From NCBI GenBank assembly GCA_963767925.1, contig CAVYGB010000002.1, forward strand, positions 1,152,001 to 1,216,000: a stretch of 64,000 bases of DNA, given 5' to 3'. Origin of the DNA: an uncultured delta proteobacterium. GTDB lineage: Bacteria; Myxococcota_A; Polyangia; Fen-1088. How positions within the stretch are numbered: the first letter of the stretch is position 1; each line of letters starts with the position of its first letter. A program made the translations under genes and the position numbers. Shown here one piece after another: positions 38,625-47,754 of this stretch. The notes under the pieces were generated by a model that was not told the origin of the DNA, did no database searches, and saw only the letters and a program-made list of their open reading frames with translations.

Positions 38625-41600
38625 CTAGCGCAGCTCGAAGCGGACGTCGTTGCGCTGGTTGCGCTGGTCGGGCGGGTCGGGCGGGGGGATCAGGCTCGGA
38701 TCCGGCCGCCAGGTGGGCAGCCGGATGGTGAAGGTCTCGCCCCGGTCGGGCGAGCTGTCCCACTGCATGGTCCCCCCGTGGGCCTCGACGATCTTGCGGG
38801 CCAGGTACAGGCCCACGCCCATGGCGCCGTAGTGGCTGGCCGCCACCGCCCGCTCGAAGCGCTCGAAGATGCGGGCCAGGTCCTCGTTGCCGATGCCCAC
38901 CCCGGAGTGGCGGACCACCACGAAGGCCTGCTCGGTGTTGCCCCCCACCCGGACGTGGATCTCGGAGCCGGGGGCGTATTTCAAGGAGGTGGTGAGGATG
39001 CTGTTGAGGATCTGCTCGAGGCGGGCCCGGTCCCACCGGCCCGGCGCCGGGCTGGCCTCCACCCCGAAGCGCGCGCCCACCGCGACCGCGTCGCCCTGGC
39101 AGCCCTGGATCACCTGCCCGACCAGGTCGGCGAGGTCCAGCTCCTGGTACTCGAGGTCGAGGCGGCCCAGCGAGATGCGGGACAGGTCGAGCAGGGTCTC
39201 GATCAGGCGGGTCAGGCGGTCGATCTGGCGGAGCGCCGCCTCCAGGCGGCCGGTGAGCTGCCCGTTGGGGGCCGCGATGCGCCCCTTGGCGATGGCCTTG
39301 AGCAGCGACTCGAGGTGCAGCTCGAGGGCGGTCAGCGGGGTGCGCAGCTCGTGCGAGGCGATCGTGAGGAACTGGTCGCGGGCGGCCACCGAGCGGGACA
39401 GCTCGTCGGCGCGGGCCCGCTCCTGCCACATCTGGGCCCGGACCCGGGCCATCTGGAGCTGGGTGCGCACCCGGGCCAGCAGCTCGCGGGCGGAGAAGGG
39501 CTTGACCAGGTAGTCGTCGGCCCCCGTGCGCAACCCCTCCACGGTGGCCTCCTCGCCCGCCCGGGCCGACAGGAGGATGATGGGGATGCCCCGGGCGCGA
39601 GGATCTTCGCGCAAGGCCCGCACCAGGGCGAAGCCATCCAGCTCCGGCATCATCACGTCCGACACGATGAGGTCCGGCCAGCCCGAGCGGGCGAGCTCGA
39701 GGGCGGTGGCCCCGTCGGACGCGGTCTTGACCGTGTAGACCGGCTCGAGCAGGCCCGAGACATAGGCCCGCAGGTCGGCGTTGTCGTCGGCGACCAGGAT
39801 GCGCGAGCGGGCCGGCTCGTCCCGCAGGTCGAGCACGCCGATGCTCGACGGGGGTGGGGGCGCCGGCGCCGGTCCGATCGTCCAGCGCGAGGCCTCCTCG
39901 ATGAAGGCCGCCGCCTCCCCCGAGGTCGGCAGGCGGGGGGCGGCGGCCCGCTCGACCCGCTCGCGCGGCAGGTGGGCCGACCCGCGCGGCACCCGCACGG
40001 TGAAGGTGGTCCCCTGCCCGACGGTGCTGCTGACCTCCACGTTGCCCCCGTGGACCTTGACCAGCTCCTGCACCAGCGCCAGCCCGATGCCGGTCCCCTC
40101 GTGGCTGCGGCCCTTGGTGACACGCACCCGGTAAAAGCGCTCGAACACATGGGGCAGCTCGTCGGCGGGGATGCCCACCCCGGAGTCGGCCACCGCGAGC
40201 ACCACCTGGTCGTCCTCCCGGCCCAGGCTGACCCGGATCTCCCCCTGCTGGGTGTATTTGACCGCGTTGGAGAGCAGGTTGAGGACGATCTTCTCCCACA
40301 TCTCGGGATCGACATAGGCCGCCTCGCCGAGGGGCAGGCAGTCGACCTGCAGGCGCAGGCCGGCGTTCTCGATCACCGAGCGGAAGGCGCTGGCCAGGTC
40401 GGCGGTGAAGGCGGCCAGATCGGTGGCCACGAAGGTGGCCTGGGCCCGGCCGGCCTCCATGCGCGAGAAGTCGAGCAAGGTCCCGACCATCTTGTTCAGG
40501 CGCAGGGCGTTCCGCCGCACCCGATCGAGATCGTCGCCGGCGAGGCTCCCCCCGGGGCGGCTCAAGGCGTCGTCGATGGGGCCCAGGATCAGGGTGAGCG
40601 GCGTGCGGAACTCGTGGCTGACGTTGCTGAAGAAGGCGGTCTTGACCCGGTCGAGCTCGGCCAGGCCCCGCACGCGGCGCCGCTCCTCCTCGATGGTGCG
40701 GGCGTTGCTGACCGCGGTGGTGATGTGCTCGGCCAGCAGATCCAGGAAGGCCGAGTAGAGGGCGTCGACGGCGCGGCGGGGGTTCAGGCCGACAACCAGG
40801 ACGCCGTAGGCGTGCTCCGACCCGGGCCGGCCCAGCGGCAACATCACGGCGGTGCTGATCGGCTCGGGGTAGGGGCCGGCGCAGATGGGGCCGAAGCGCG
40901 CCCCGAGATCGTCGACGATCTCCGCCCGGCCCGAGCGCGCCACCCGGGCCAGCGGCCAGCCCGCGGCCCCCTCCCGGTCCCCGAGATCCACCAGGGTAGG
41001 GCTGGCGTCGGCGCCGGGCTCGAGCCCCACCCCCGCCACCAGCCGGGCCTGGGCCCGGGTGGCGTCGTGCAGGTACAGCAGCGCGAAGGGGACGTCGATG
41101 CGGTTCTTCTCCAGGGCGGCAGCCGCCGCCAGGCAGGCGTCCTCGACGCTCTCCCGCAGGGCGCGGGCCGCGCTGAGGGCGAGCTCGCGCAAGGTGGCCA
41201 GGCGCCGGGCCCCCTCCACCCGGCCGGTCGTGTCGGCGACGACGGTGAGGGTGCCGGTCACCGAGCCGGCCGTGTCGCGGATGGGGCTGAGCGAGAAGGT
41301 GAAGTAGCAGTCCTCGAGGTACCCGCTCTTCTCGAGCGGGATGTACACGTCCTCGAGCGCGACCGGCTTGCCCTGGCGGGTGTCCTCGAACAGGGGAAGC
41401 ACCGTGTGCCAGGCCTCGGGGAAAGTCTCCGCCCCCGGCCGGGCCAGGGCTGCCGGGTGCTTGTTGCCCAGGATGGGGCGGAAGGCGTCGTTGTAGACGT
41501 AGCGGAAGTCCGGCCCCCACACCACCACCATGGCGAAGCTGGAGTCGAGGATCATGCCGAGCGAGCTGCGCAAGGAGGTGGGCCAGGTCTCCGAGCGACC

Positions 41601-44600
41601 GAGCCCGCTCTGGCCCTGCCAGACCCGGGAGCGCAGCAGGGCCCGCACCTCCCCCGGACCCTGGAGAAAGTCGTAGTCGTCGGGCGGGTCGATCGGGATC
41701 TGGAAGGTGAAGGTGCAGCCGCGGCCGACCTCGCTGCTGACCTCGATGTGACCGCCGTGCGACTCGACGATGCCGCGGGCGATGGACAGGCCCAGGCCGT
41801 GGCCGGCCGGGTTGACCCGCCGGCTCTGCCAGGTGCGATCGAAGACGTGTCCCAGCTCGTGGGGGGGGATGCCGGGACCGGTGTCGCGCACGCAGAAGTG
41901 CACCTCGCCGCCGTTGCGCCCGGCCAGCACCTCGACCGCGCCGCCGGCGGGGGTGAACTTCAGGGCGTTGGCCACCAGGTTGCCGAGCACCTGCAGCAGC
42001 CGGTCCTTGTCGCAGGGGAGCGGGGGCAGGTCGCGCTCGACCCGGGTGGAGAAGGTGAGGCCCCGCGCGTGGGCCTGGGCCTCGAAGGCCTCGAGGGTCT
42101 CGCGCAGGAGGGCGTCCACCGGCTCGGGGCGGCGCGAGATCGAGAAGGTCGTCGCGTCCTCGCTGGCCGAGTCGAGCAGATCCCCGATGAGCCGGGACAT
42201 GAGCTGGGTCGAGCGCTGGATGCGGGCCACCGGGGTCCGCAGCCGGCTGTTCACGTCGGAGGCGGGGAGATCGTCGACCAGGTGGCCGAGGAGCTGGACC
42301 GAGGCGTCGATGGCCGCCAGGGGCGAGCGGAGATCGTGGGTCACCAGGGCCAGCATCTCGTCCTGACCGCGCTGGGCTCTCCGGCTGGTGAGGAGCTGGC
42401 GGGCGGCCTCCTCGGCGTTGCGGCGCTCGTCGGCCAGCGCCCGCCGGCGGAGCTGCGAGACGGCGAGCTGGGCCTTGACCTGGGCGATGAGCTCGCGCGC
42501 GGAGAAGGGTTTGACCAGGTAGGCGTCGGCGCCCGTGTTCAGTCCGGCGACGGTGTCGTCTTCGCCGGCGCGCGCCGACAGCAGGATCATCGGGACGAGG
42601 TGGGTGCGGGGGTCGGCGCGGAGCGCCCGCAGCAGGGCCAGGCCGTCCATCCCCGGCATCATGACGTCGGACAGGACCAGGTCGGGTGGATCGCTGCGGG
42701 CGGAGGCCAGCGCCTCCGCCCCGTCCGCTACCGCCACCACCTGGGCGTGCGGGGCCAGCAGGCGGGCGATGTAGCCGCGCATGTCGGCGTTGTCGTCGGC
42801 CACCAGGATGCGGAGGCTGGTCCCGATCGTCTCGACGGGGGGGTCGCTCCCCCGCGCCCACTGGCCGATCTCCGAGAGGAAGGCGGATGGGCCGCTGCGG
42901 GTGGGCGTCCCGCTCGGGGCCAGCGCCTCCGGGCGGGGCGGCTGGGCGAAGGGGATGGTCACCCGGAAGGTGCTGCCCGCGCCCAGCGCGCTCGTGACCT
43001 GCACCTGTCCGCCGTGCAGCTTGACCAGCTCCTGGACCAGGGCCAGGCCGATGCCGCTGCCCTCGTGGCTGCGCCCGGGGGCCCCCTCGACCCGGCGGAA
43101 GCGCGCGAAGACGTGGGGCAGCTCCTCGGCGGGGATGCCGGCGCCGGTGTCCGACACCTCGAGCGCGACCTGGGCGTCGGCGTTGTCGTCACCGTCTTCG
43201 TCGCCGTCTTGCTCGCCGGCGGCCGGGGCGTCTGCCGCGGTCAAGGCGACGGTGATCCGGCCCTGGAAGGTGAACTTGAAGGCGTTCGAGAGGAGGTTGA
43301 GGACGATCTTCTCCCACATCGACGGGTCGACGGCGACCGGGCGAGGCAAGGGTGGGCAGTGGACCACCAGGTCGAGGCCGGCCTGCACCATCGCGGCCTG
43401 GAAGCTGCTGGCCAGATCGCGGGTGAGCGCCGCCAGGTCGGTCGGCAGGAAGGTGGCCTGCACCCGTCCCGCCTCGATGCGGGCCACGTCGAGCAAGGTG
43501 TTGACCAGCTTCTGCAGGCGCAGGCCGTTGCGGTGAACCAGCTCGAGGCGCGTGCGCTGCACCGGCGGCAGCGCGTGCTCCCGATCGGCCAGGGCCTCCT
43601 CGGCCGGACCCAGCAGGAGGGTCAGGGGCGTGCGGAACTCGTGGCTGACGTTGCTGAAGAAGGTCGTCTTGGCCCGGTCGAGCTCGGCCAGCGCCTCGGC
43701 CCGCTGCCGCGCCTGCTCGAGCGCCCGGGCGCTCGCGAGGGCCGTCGCCACCTGCCCTGCCACCAGGTCGACGAACCCCAGGTAGTCGTCGTCGAGGGCC
43801 AGGCGGGGGCTCAGCCCGGCCACCAGCACGGCGGCGGCCAATCCGCTCCCCGGCGCCGCGACCGGCAGGACCAGGGCCGACCGGGGCCCCGCCCGCTCGC
43901 CGGCGGGGATCGGCCCGAAGCGGGCCTCGAGGTCGTCGAGCCGGCGGGCGCCGCCCCGGCGCGCCGCCGCTCCCAGCGGCCAGCCCTTGCCCGCGTCGGC
44001 GACCGCCAGCTCGACCACCGCCGGTGCTGGGTCGACGCCGGAGGCCACCCCCGCCGCGCCGGCCAGGTGGGCCCGGCGGCCATCTGCGTCGAGCAGGTAG
44101 ATCAGGGCGAAGGGCAGGTCGGCCGGGTTGCCCGCCAGCACCTCGGCGGCCAGGCGGCAGGCCTCCTCCGTCGCCTGGGCGTCGGCGGTGCGGGCGCCCA
44201 GGTCGCGCAGGGTCCGCAGCCGGCGCGCGCCGATCACCTGGCGGGTCGTCTCGGTCACCGCGCAGTAGACCCCGCCCACCCCGCCGCTCTCGACGCGGAT
44301 GGGGCTGTACGAGAAGGTGAAGTAGCACTCCTCCGCGAAGCCCTGCCGTTCGAGCAGCAGGAGCTGGTTCTCCGACCAGGTCGCGCGCCCGTCCTGCAGG
44401 ACGCCCGCCAGCATCGGGCCGATGATGTGCCAGATCTCCGGCCAGCAGTCCCGCCCGGCCTGCCCCAGCGCGCGCGGGTGCTTGTTGCCCAGGAGCTGCC
44501 GGTAGGCGTCGTTGTAGATCTTGACCAGCTCCGGTCCCCACAAGATCAGGATGGGGAAGCGCGAGTCGAGGCAGGTGCTCACCGTCGTGCGCAGCGACTG

Positions 44601-44774
44601 GGGCCAGCCGGCGACCGGCCCCAGCGCGGTCTGCGACCAGTCGAGGGCCCGCATGAGGGCCCCCAGCTCACCGCCGCCCACGAACACCTCGGTCACCCCG
44701 GGAACGCCCGCCCCCACCCCTTCGAGGCGCGGGCCCGTGCCAGACCGACCGTCCTGCTCAGGTGAGCTCGCCAT
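38625..44774 (-). CDS. Giant hybrid sensor histidine kinase, (PAS-GAF-HisKA-HATPase-REC-HisKA-HATPase) x2
   Basis: Four H-boxes (SHEFRTP twice, THDLRSP, SHELRTP), two REC domains (ADDN...SDVMMP...KPF), duplicated WPxSLR/CYFTFS PAS-like input; AGGAGG RBS. Confidence 0.92.
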   Translation of the reverse strand: MASSPEQDGRSGTGPRLEGVGAGVPGVTEVFVGGGELGALMRALDWSQTALGPVAGWPQSLRTTVSTCLDSRFPILILWGPELVKIYNDAYRQLLGNKHPRALGQAGRDCWPEIWHIIGPMLAGVLQDGRATWSENQLLLLERQGFAEECYFTFSYSPIRVESGGVGGVYCAVTETTRQVIGARRLRTLRDLGARTADAQATEEACRLAAEVLAGNPADLPFALIYLLDADGRRAHLAGAAGVASGVDPAPAVVELAVADAGKGWPLGAAARRGGARRLDDLEARFGPIPAGERAGPRSALVLPVAAPGSGLAAAVLVAGLSPRLALDDDYLGFVDLVAGQVATALASARALEQARQRAEALAELDRAKTTFFSNVSHEFRTPLTLLLGPAEEALADREHALPPVQRTRLELVHRNGLRLQKLVNTLLDVARIEAGRVQATFLPTDLAALTRDLASSFQAAMVQAGLDLVVHCPPLPRPVAVDPSMWEKIVLNLLSNAFKFTFQGRITVALTAADAPAAGEQDGDEDGDDNADAQVALEVSDTGAGIPAEELPHVFARFRRVEGAPGRSHEGSGIGLALVQELVKLHGGQVQVTSALGAGSTFRVTIPFAQPPRPEALAPSGTPTRSGPSAFLSEIGQWARGSDPPVETIGTSLRILVADDNADMRGYIARLLAPHAQVVAVADGAEALASARSDPPDLVLSDVMMPGMDGLALLRALRADPRTHLVPMILLSARAGEDDTVAGLNTGADAYLVKPFSARELIAQVKAQLAVSQLRRRALADERRNAEEAARQLLTSRRAQRGQDEMLALVTHDLRSPLAAIDASVQLLGHLVDDLPASDVNSRLRTPVARIQRSTQLMSRLIGDLLDSASEDATTFSISRRPEPVDALLRETLEAFEAQAHARGLTFSTRVERDLPPLPCDKDRLLQVLGNLVANALKFTPAGGAVEVLAGRNGGEVHFCVRDTGPGIPPHELGHVFDRTWQSRRVNPAGHGLGLSIARGIVESHGGHIEVSSEVGRGCTFTFQIPIDPPDDYDFLQGPGEVRALLRSRVWQGQSGLGRSETWPTSLRSSLGMILDSSFAMVVVWGPDFRYVYNDAFRPILGNKHPAALARPGAETFPEAWHTVLPLFEDTRQGKPVALEDVYIPLEKSGYLEDCYFTFSLSPIRDTAGSVTGTLTVVADTTGRVEGARRLATLRELALSAARALRESVEDACLAAAAALEKNRIDVPFALLYLHDATRAQARLVAGVGLEPGADASPTLVDLGDREGAAGWPLARVARSGRAEIVDDLGARFGPICAGPYPEPISTAVMLPLGRPGSEHAYGVLVVGLNPRRAVDALYSAFLDLLAEHITTAVSNARTIEEERRRVRGLAELDRVKTAFFSNVSHEFRTPLTLILGPIDDALSRPGGSLAGDDLDRVRRNALRLNKMVGTLLDFSRMEAGRAQATFVATDLAAFTADLASAFRSVIENAGLRLQVDCLPLGEAAYVDPEMWEKIVLNLLSNAVKYTQQGEIRVSLGREDDQVVLAVADSGVGIPADELPHVFERFYRVRVTKGRSHEGTGIGLALVQELVKVHGGNVEVSSTVGQGTTFTVRVPRGSAHLPRERVERAAAPRLPTSGEAAAFIEEASRWTIGPAPAPPPPSSIGVLDLRDEPARSRILVADDNADLRAYVSGLLEPVYTVKTASDGATALELARSGWPDLIVSDVMMPELDGFALVRALREDPRARGIPIILLSARAGEEATVEGLRTGADDYLVKPFSARELLARVRTQLQMARVRAQMWQERARADELSRSVAARDQFLTIASHELRTPLTALELHLESLLKAIAKGRIAAPNGQLTGRLEAALRQIDRLTRLIETLLDLSRISLGRLDLEYQELDLADLVGQVIQGCQGDAVAVGARFGVEASPAPGRWDRARLEQILNSILTTSLKYAPGSEIHVRVGGNTEQAFVVVRHSGVGIGNEDLARIFERFERAVAASHYGAMGVGLYLARKIVEAHGGTMQWDSSPDRGETFTIRLPTWRPDPSLIPPPDPPDQRNQRNDVRFELR

Positions 44775-44931
44775 GAGGGCGCCTCCTACAGTAGAGAGCG
44801 GGGGCCAAAGTTGCATGTTTTGTACAACTCCCGCCCTGCGGGGCGATACCCGATTCGCGGCCCGCCTGGACTGCTTTTCGGGCCGCGGAGTGGGCGACCC
44901 GCATTCGCCCAGATTTCGGTTCCCCGCTGCC

Positions 44932-44977
44932 CGTTCGCCCTCGCCCCGCGGCAGCGGGGAGAGGGAGGGGTGAGGGG
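44932..44977. repeat. Solo REP-like end of the same family
   Basis: Identical to 27775-27820; lies 14 nt downstream of the TonB-dependent receptor stop. Confidence 0.85.
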
Positions 44978-44990
44978 TCTCCGCGAAGCG

Positions 44991-47750
44991 TCAGTAGAGG
45001 TAACGAGCGCCGAAGACGATCCGGAGGGGCGGCCGGTAGGCGGCCGGGCGGCCCCAGAAGGGCCCGTCGTTCTGGAGGACGGCCAGGGGCGTGCGCAGGG
45101 CCAGCAGGTTGATGGCGTCGACCCAGACCCGGACGCGCTGCTTGATGAGCGGCTCGAGGTTGGCGGCGATCTGCAGGTCGAAGGTGCTGCTGTCGGGCAG
45201 CCGCAGCGGCGTATCGTCGTCGGGGTTCAGGTTGCTGTTCGAGTCCTTGCCCCGCTGCGCCTGCAGCCGCGTGTACCGCTCGTAGACCGGGTCGAAGTAG
45301 AACCGGTTGTAGGGCGGGCCGCTCTCGAAGCGGTAGACCACCCCGGCCGACAGCCAGGGCGTGGCCTGGTAGGTCCCCTGCACCCGCAGGTCGTGGCGGA
45401 TGTCGCCGCCGAGCGGGCCGTAGTAGTACTGAGTGTCGCCCGGGTTATCGAGGTAGGCACCGGTGAAGCTGCTGTCGCTGGCCCCCTCGTAGTCGGTCCA
45501 GGTGTAGTTCACGAAGGCCTTGAAGCGGCCCTCCCGCTTGCGCAGGAAGGTGGTGAGCGCCCGGTGCCGCCGGTGGGCCTGCTCGGGGGTCTGCAGGTCG
45601 AAGATGAACTCGGAGCGCCCGGTCTTGAAGGGGGCGTCGCGGTTGAGGCCGGTGCCGCCCTCGTTCCAGTTGCCATTGGTCTCGGCGTCCTCCCACTGGC
45701 GGCTGAACCGGCGGTAGACGAACACGCCGCCCAGGCCGATGCCGGGCAGGATCTCCCGCTCGGCGCCGGCCGAGTACTCCCAGATGCGGGGGGTTGTCAG
45801 CTTGGAGGTGCAGGGGCGGCCGTCGGGGTGGACCCCGGCTGGCCCGCAGGGCAGACCGACGGTGGAGCTGTCGTTGCCTCCTTCGCTGCGGCAGTCGCTG
45901 ACGTAGGCCTGGGCCTGGGCGTCCCAGCCGCAGCGGCGGGAGTAGAGCTGGCGGCTGGTGAAGCGGGCCAGGGCCAGGAACCCCGTGTCGGCGATGCCGT
46001 TGAAGGCGGCGTGCAGCTTGGTCTTGCCGTCGTGGGTGGCGTCCCAGATGGCCGAGAGGTGGGGGGTGAAGGCGTTCATGTTTGTCACCTTGACCCCCCG
46101 GTCGTTCTCCGAGTTGCCCCGGTGGAACGCCACCCCCGGGCTGAGGGTGAGGTAGCGGGTCGGCTTCCAGGAGTCAGAGAGGCTGACCCGCAGGTGGTCG
46201 CCGGTCACCGTCGAGCGCAGGAAGTTGTTGCGGCAGACACCGTTGTCGACCTTGGGGTCGTTCGAGCAGTAGGTGGTACGGGAGAACGGCGCCGTGCCCA
46301 CGTTGACCAGGAGGGTGTCCCCCGGGACGGTCTGGCGGATGTCGTTGCCCATCAGCTCGAACATCCAGTCGAGCTTGACCGCGTGGCCGCCGAAGGTGCG
46401 GCTGTCCTTGAGGTACTCGAGCTTGCCCGACAGCTCGATGGTCTGGCGGTGGTCGATGGTCTGCGCGTTGTAGTTGCGCCGCTGAAACCCGGTGAGGATG
46501 TCCACCTCGGCGGGGATGGAGGTGCAGTTGGCGGGGTCCCACTCGCAGGACTGGGGGCCCACGTTGAAGCGCTGCTGCCGGTAGCTGGCCCGCCCGACGA
46601 GGAAGAGCTCGTCGGTGATGAGCGACTCCCAGGACAGGCCGAGGAACTCCGAGCGCTGGAACTGGCGGGCCTCCGCCTCCGGCTCGACCAGGGGGCTCTG
46701 GAGGTTGTTGTTGAAGGCCGCCGGGGACAGCGTGCCCCGCAGCGACAGCTTGTTGCGGGGGGTGAGGGCCCAGGTCAGCTTGCCGATGCCGTCGAGCCCG
46801 TAGGCGTGGCGCGAGGGGTGGGCGGGGAAGTTGGGATCGTAGTCCAGGGTGGAGGTGCCGTTCCAGCCCTCGGCCGACAGGTAATACCAGAGGCGATCTT
46901 TGCGGATGGGGCCGCCGGCGTTGACATGGCCCGACATGCCCCGGTTGGTGCCGCGATCGCGCGAGTCCTTGAACAGGCGCAGGTGGTGATCGCTGTATTC
47001 GGCCCCGGCGTCGAGCTCGAAGCGGTTGGACCCGCTCTTGGTGACGATGTTGGTCACCATGCCCGAGGTGTCGGAGTTGTCCGCCCCGAAGCCGGCGGTG
47101 GTGACCTCCACGTTGGCCATGGCGTTGAAGCTGAAGTTCTGGCCGAAGGTGCGGGTCACCGGGTCGGTGGTGTTGAAGCCGTCGACGGTGTACTTGTTGC
47201 TGAAGAAGGCCCCCCCGCGCGACTGCGGGTTGCCGTCGCCGTCCCGGTCGGTGACGCCCGCCGCCAGCACCGCCACGCCCTGGTAGGTGCGGGAGGCCAG
47301 GGGCAGCGAGTTGAGGAACTCCTCGTCGAAGCTCTCGCCCACCGTCGTGCTGCGCAGGTTGACCACCGGCGCCCGCTCGATGATGCGGACCTCCTCCTGC
47401 GAGGTCTCGACCTCCATCACGATGTCGATGTCGATGGTGCTGTTCTGGTTGACCCGGATGTTCTCCTGCACGACCGTGCGCAGCTTCTCCGCCGAGGCGG
47501 TGACCTTGAACTTGCCGGGGAACAGCCCCTGGAAACGGAAGGCCCCCTCGTCGTCGGTGGTGACGGTGCGGGCGCCGCCGATCTGGGTGTCGGAGGTGAT
47601 CGTGACGGCGATCCCCCGCAGGGGCAGCCCGCTGGAATCGTAGACGTGGCCGATGAGGGTCCCGACGTTCTGGGCGCGGGCCACCGGCGCGCCGCAGAGG
47701 GCGGCGGCCAGGCAGACGGGAGCCAGGATGGAAAGCTTGCGCATGGTCAT
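44991..47750 (-). CDS. TonB-dependent receptor with N-terminal carboxypeptidase-regulatory-like domain (Oar-like architecture)
   Basis: Signal peptide; GTLIGHVYD...TTDDEGAFRF, plug VDGFNTTDP/NIVTKSGSN, C-terminal GARYLY beta-signal. Confidence 0.9.
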   Translation of the reverse strand: MTMRKLSILAPVCLAAALCGAPVARAQNVGTLIGHVYDSSGLPLRGIAVTITSDTQIGGARTVTTDDEGAFRFQGLFPGKFKVTASAEKLRTVVQENIRVNQNSTIDIDIVMEVETSQEEVRIIERAPVVNLRSTTVGESFDEEFLNSLPLASRTYQGVAVLAAGVTDRDGDGNPQSRGGAFFSNKYTVDGFNTTDPVTRTFGQNFSFNAMANVEVTTAGFGADNSDTSGMVTNIVTKSGSNRFELDAGAEYSDHHLRLFKDSRDRGTNRGMSGHVNAGGPIRKDRLWYYLSAEGWNGTSTLDYDPNFPAHPSRHAYGLDGIGKLTWALTPRNKLSLRGTLSPAAFNNNLQSPLVEPEAEARQFQRSEFLGLSWESLITDELFLVGRASYRQQRFNVGPQSCEWDPANCTSIPAEVDILTGFQRRNYNAQTIDHRQTIELSGKLEYLKDSRTFGGHAVKLDWMFELMGNDIRQTVPGDTLLVNVGTAPFSRTTYCSNDPKVDNGVCRNNFLRSTVTGDHLRVSLSDSWKPTRYLTLSPGVAFHRGNSENDRGVKVTNMNAFTPHLSAIWDATHDGKTKLHAAFNGIADTGFLALARFTSRQLYSRRCGWDAQAQAYVSDCRSEGGNDSSTVGLPCGPAGVHPDGRPCTSKLTTPRIWEYSAGAEREILPGIGLGGVFVYRRFSRQWEDAETNGNWNEGGTGLNRDAPFKTGRSEFIFDLQTPEQAHRRHRALTTFLRKREGRFKAFVNYTWTDYEGASDSSFTGAYLDNPGDTQYYYGPLGGDIRHDLRVQGTYQATPWLSAGVVYRFESGPPYNRFYFDPVYERYTRLQAQRGKDSNSNLNPDDDTPLRLPDSSTFDLQIAANLEPLIKQRVRVWVDAINLLALRTPLAVLQNDGPFWGRPAAYRPPLRIVFGARYLY

Positions 47751-47754
47751 GGCC

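Noticed and set aside
38778..44765. 1995-aa plus-strand ORF and other long antisense or alternate-frame ORFs
   Set aside because: Shadow ORFs of real genes caused by high GC3; no recognisable motifs
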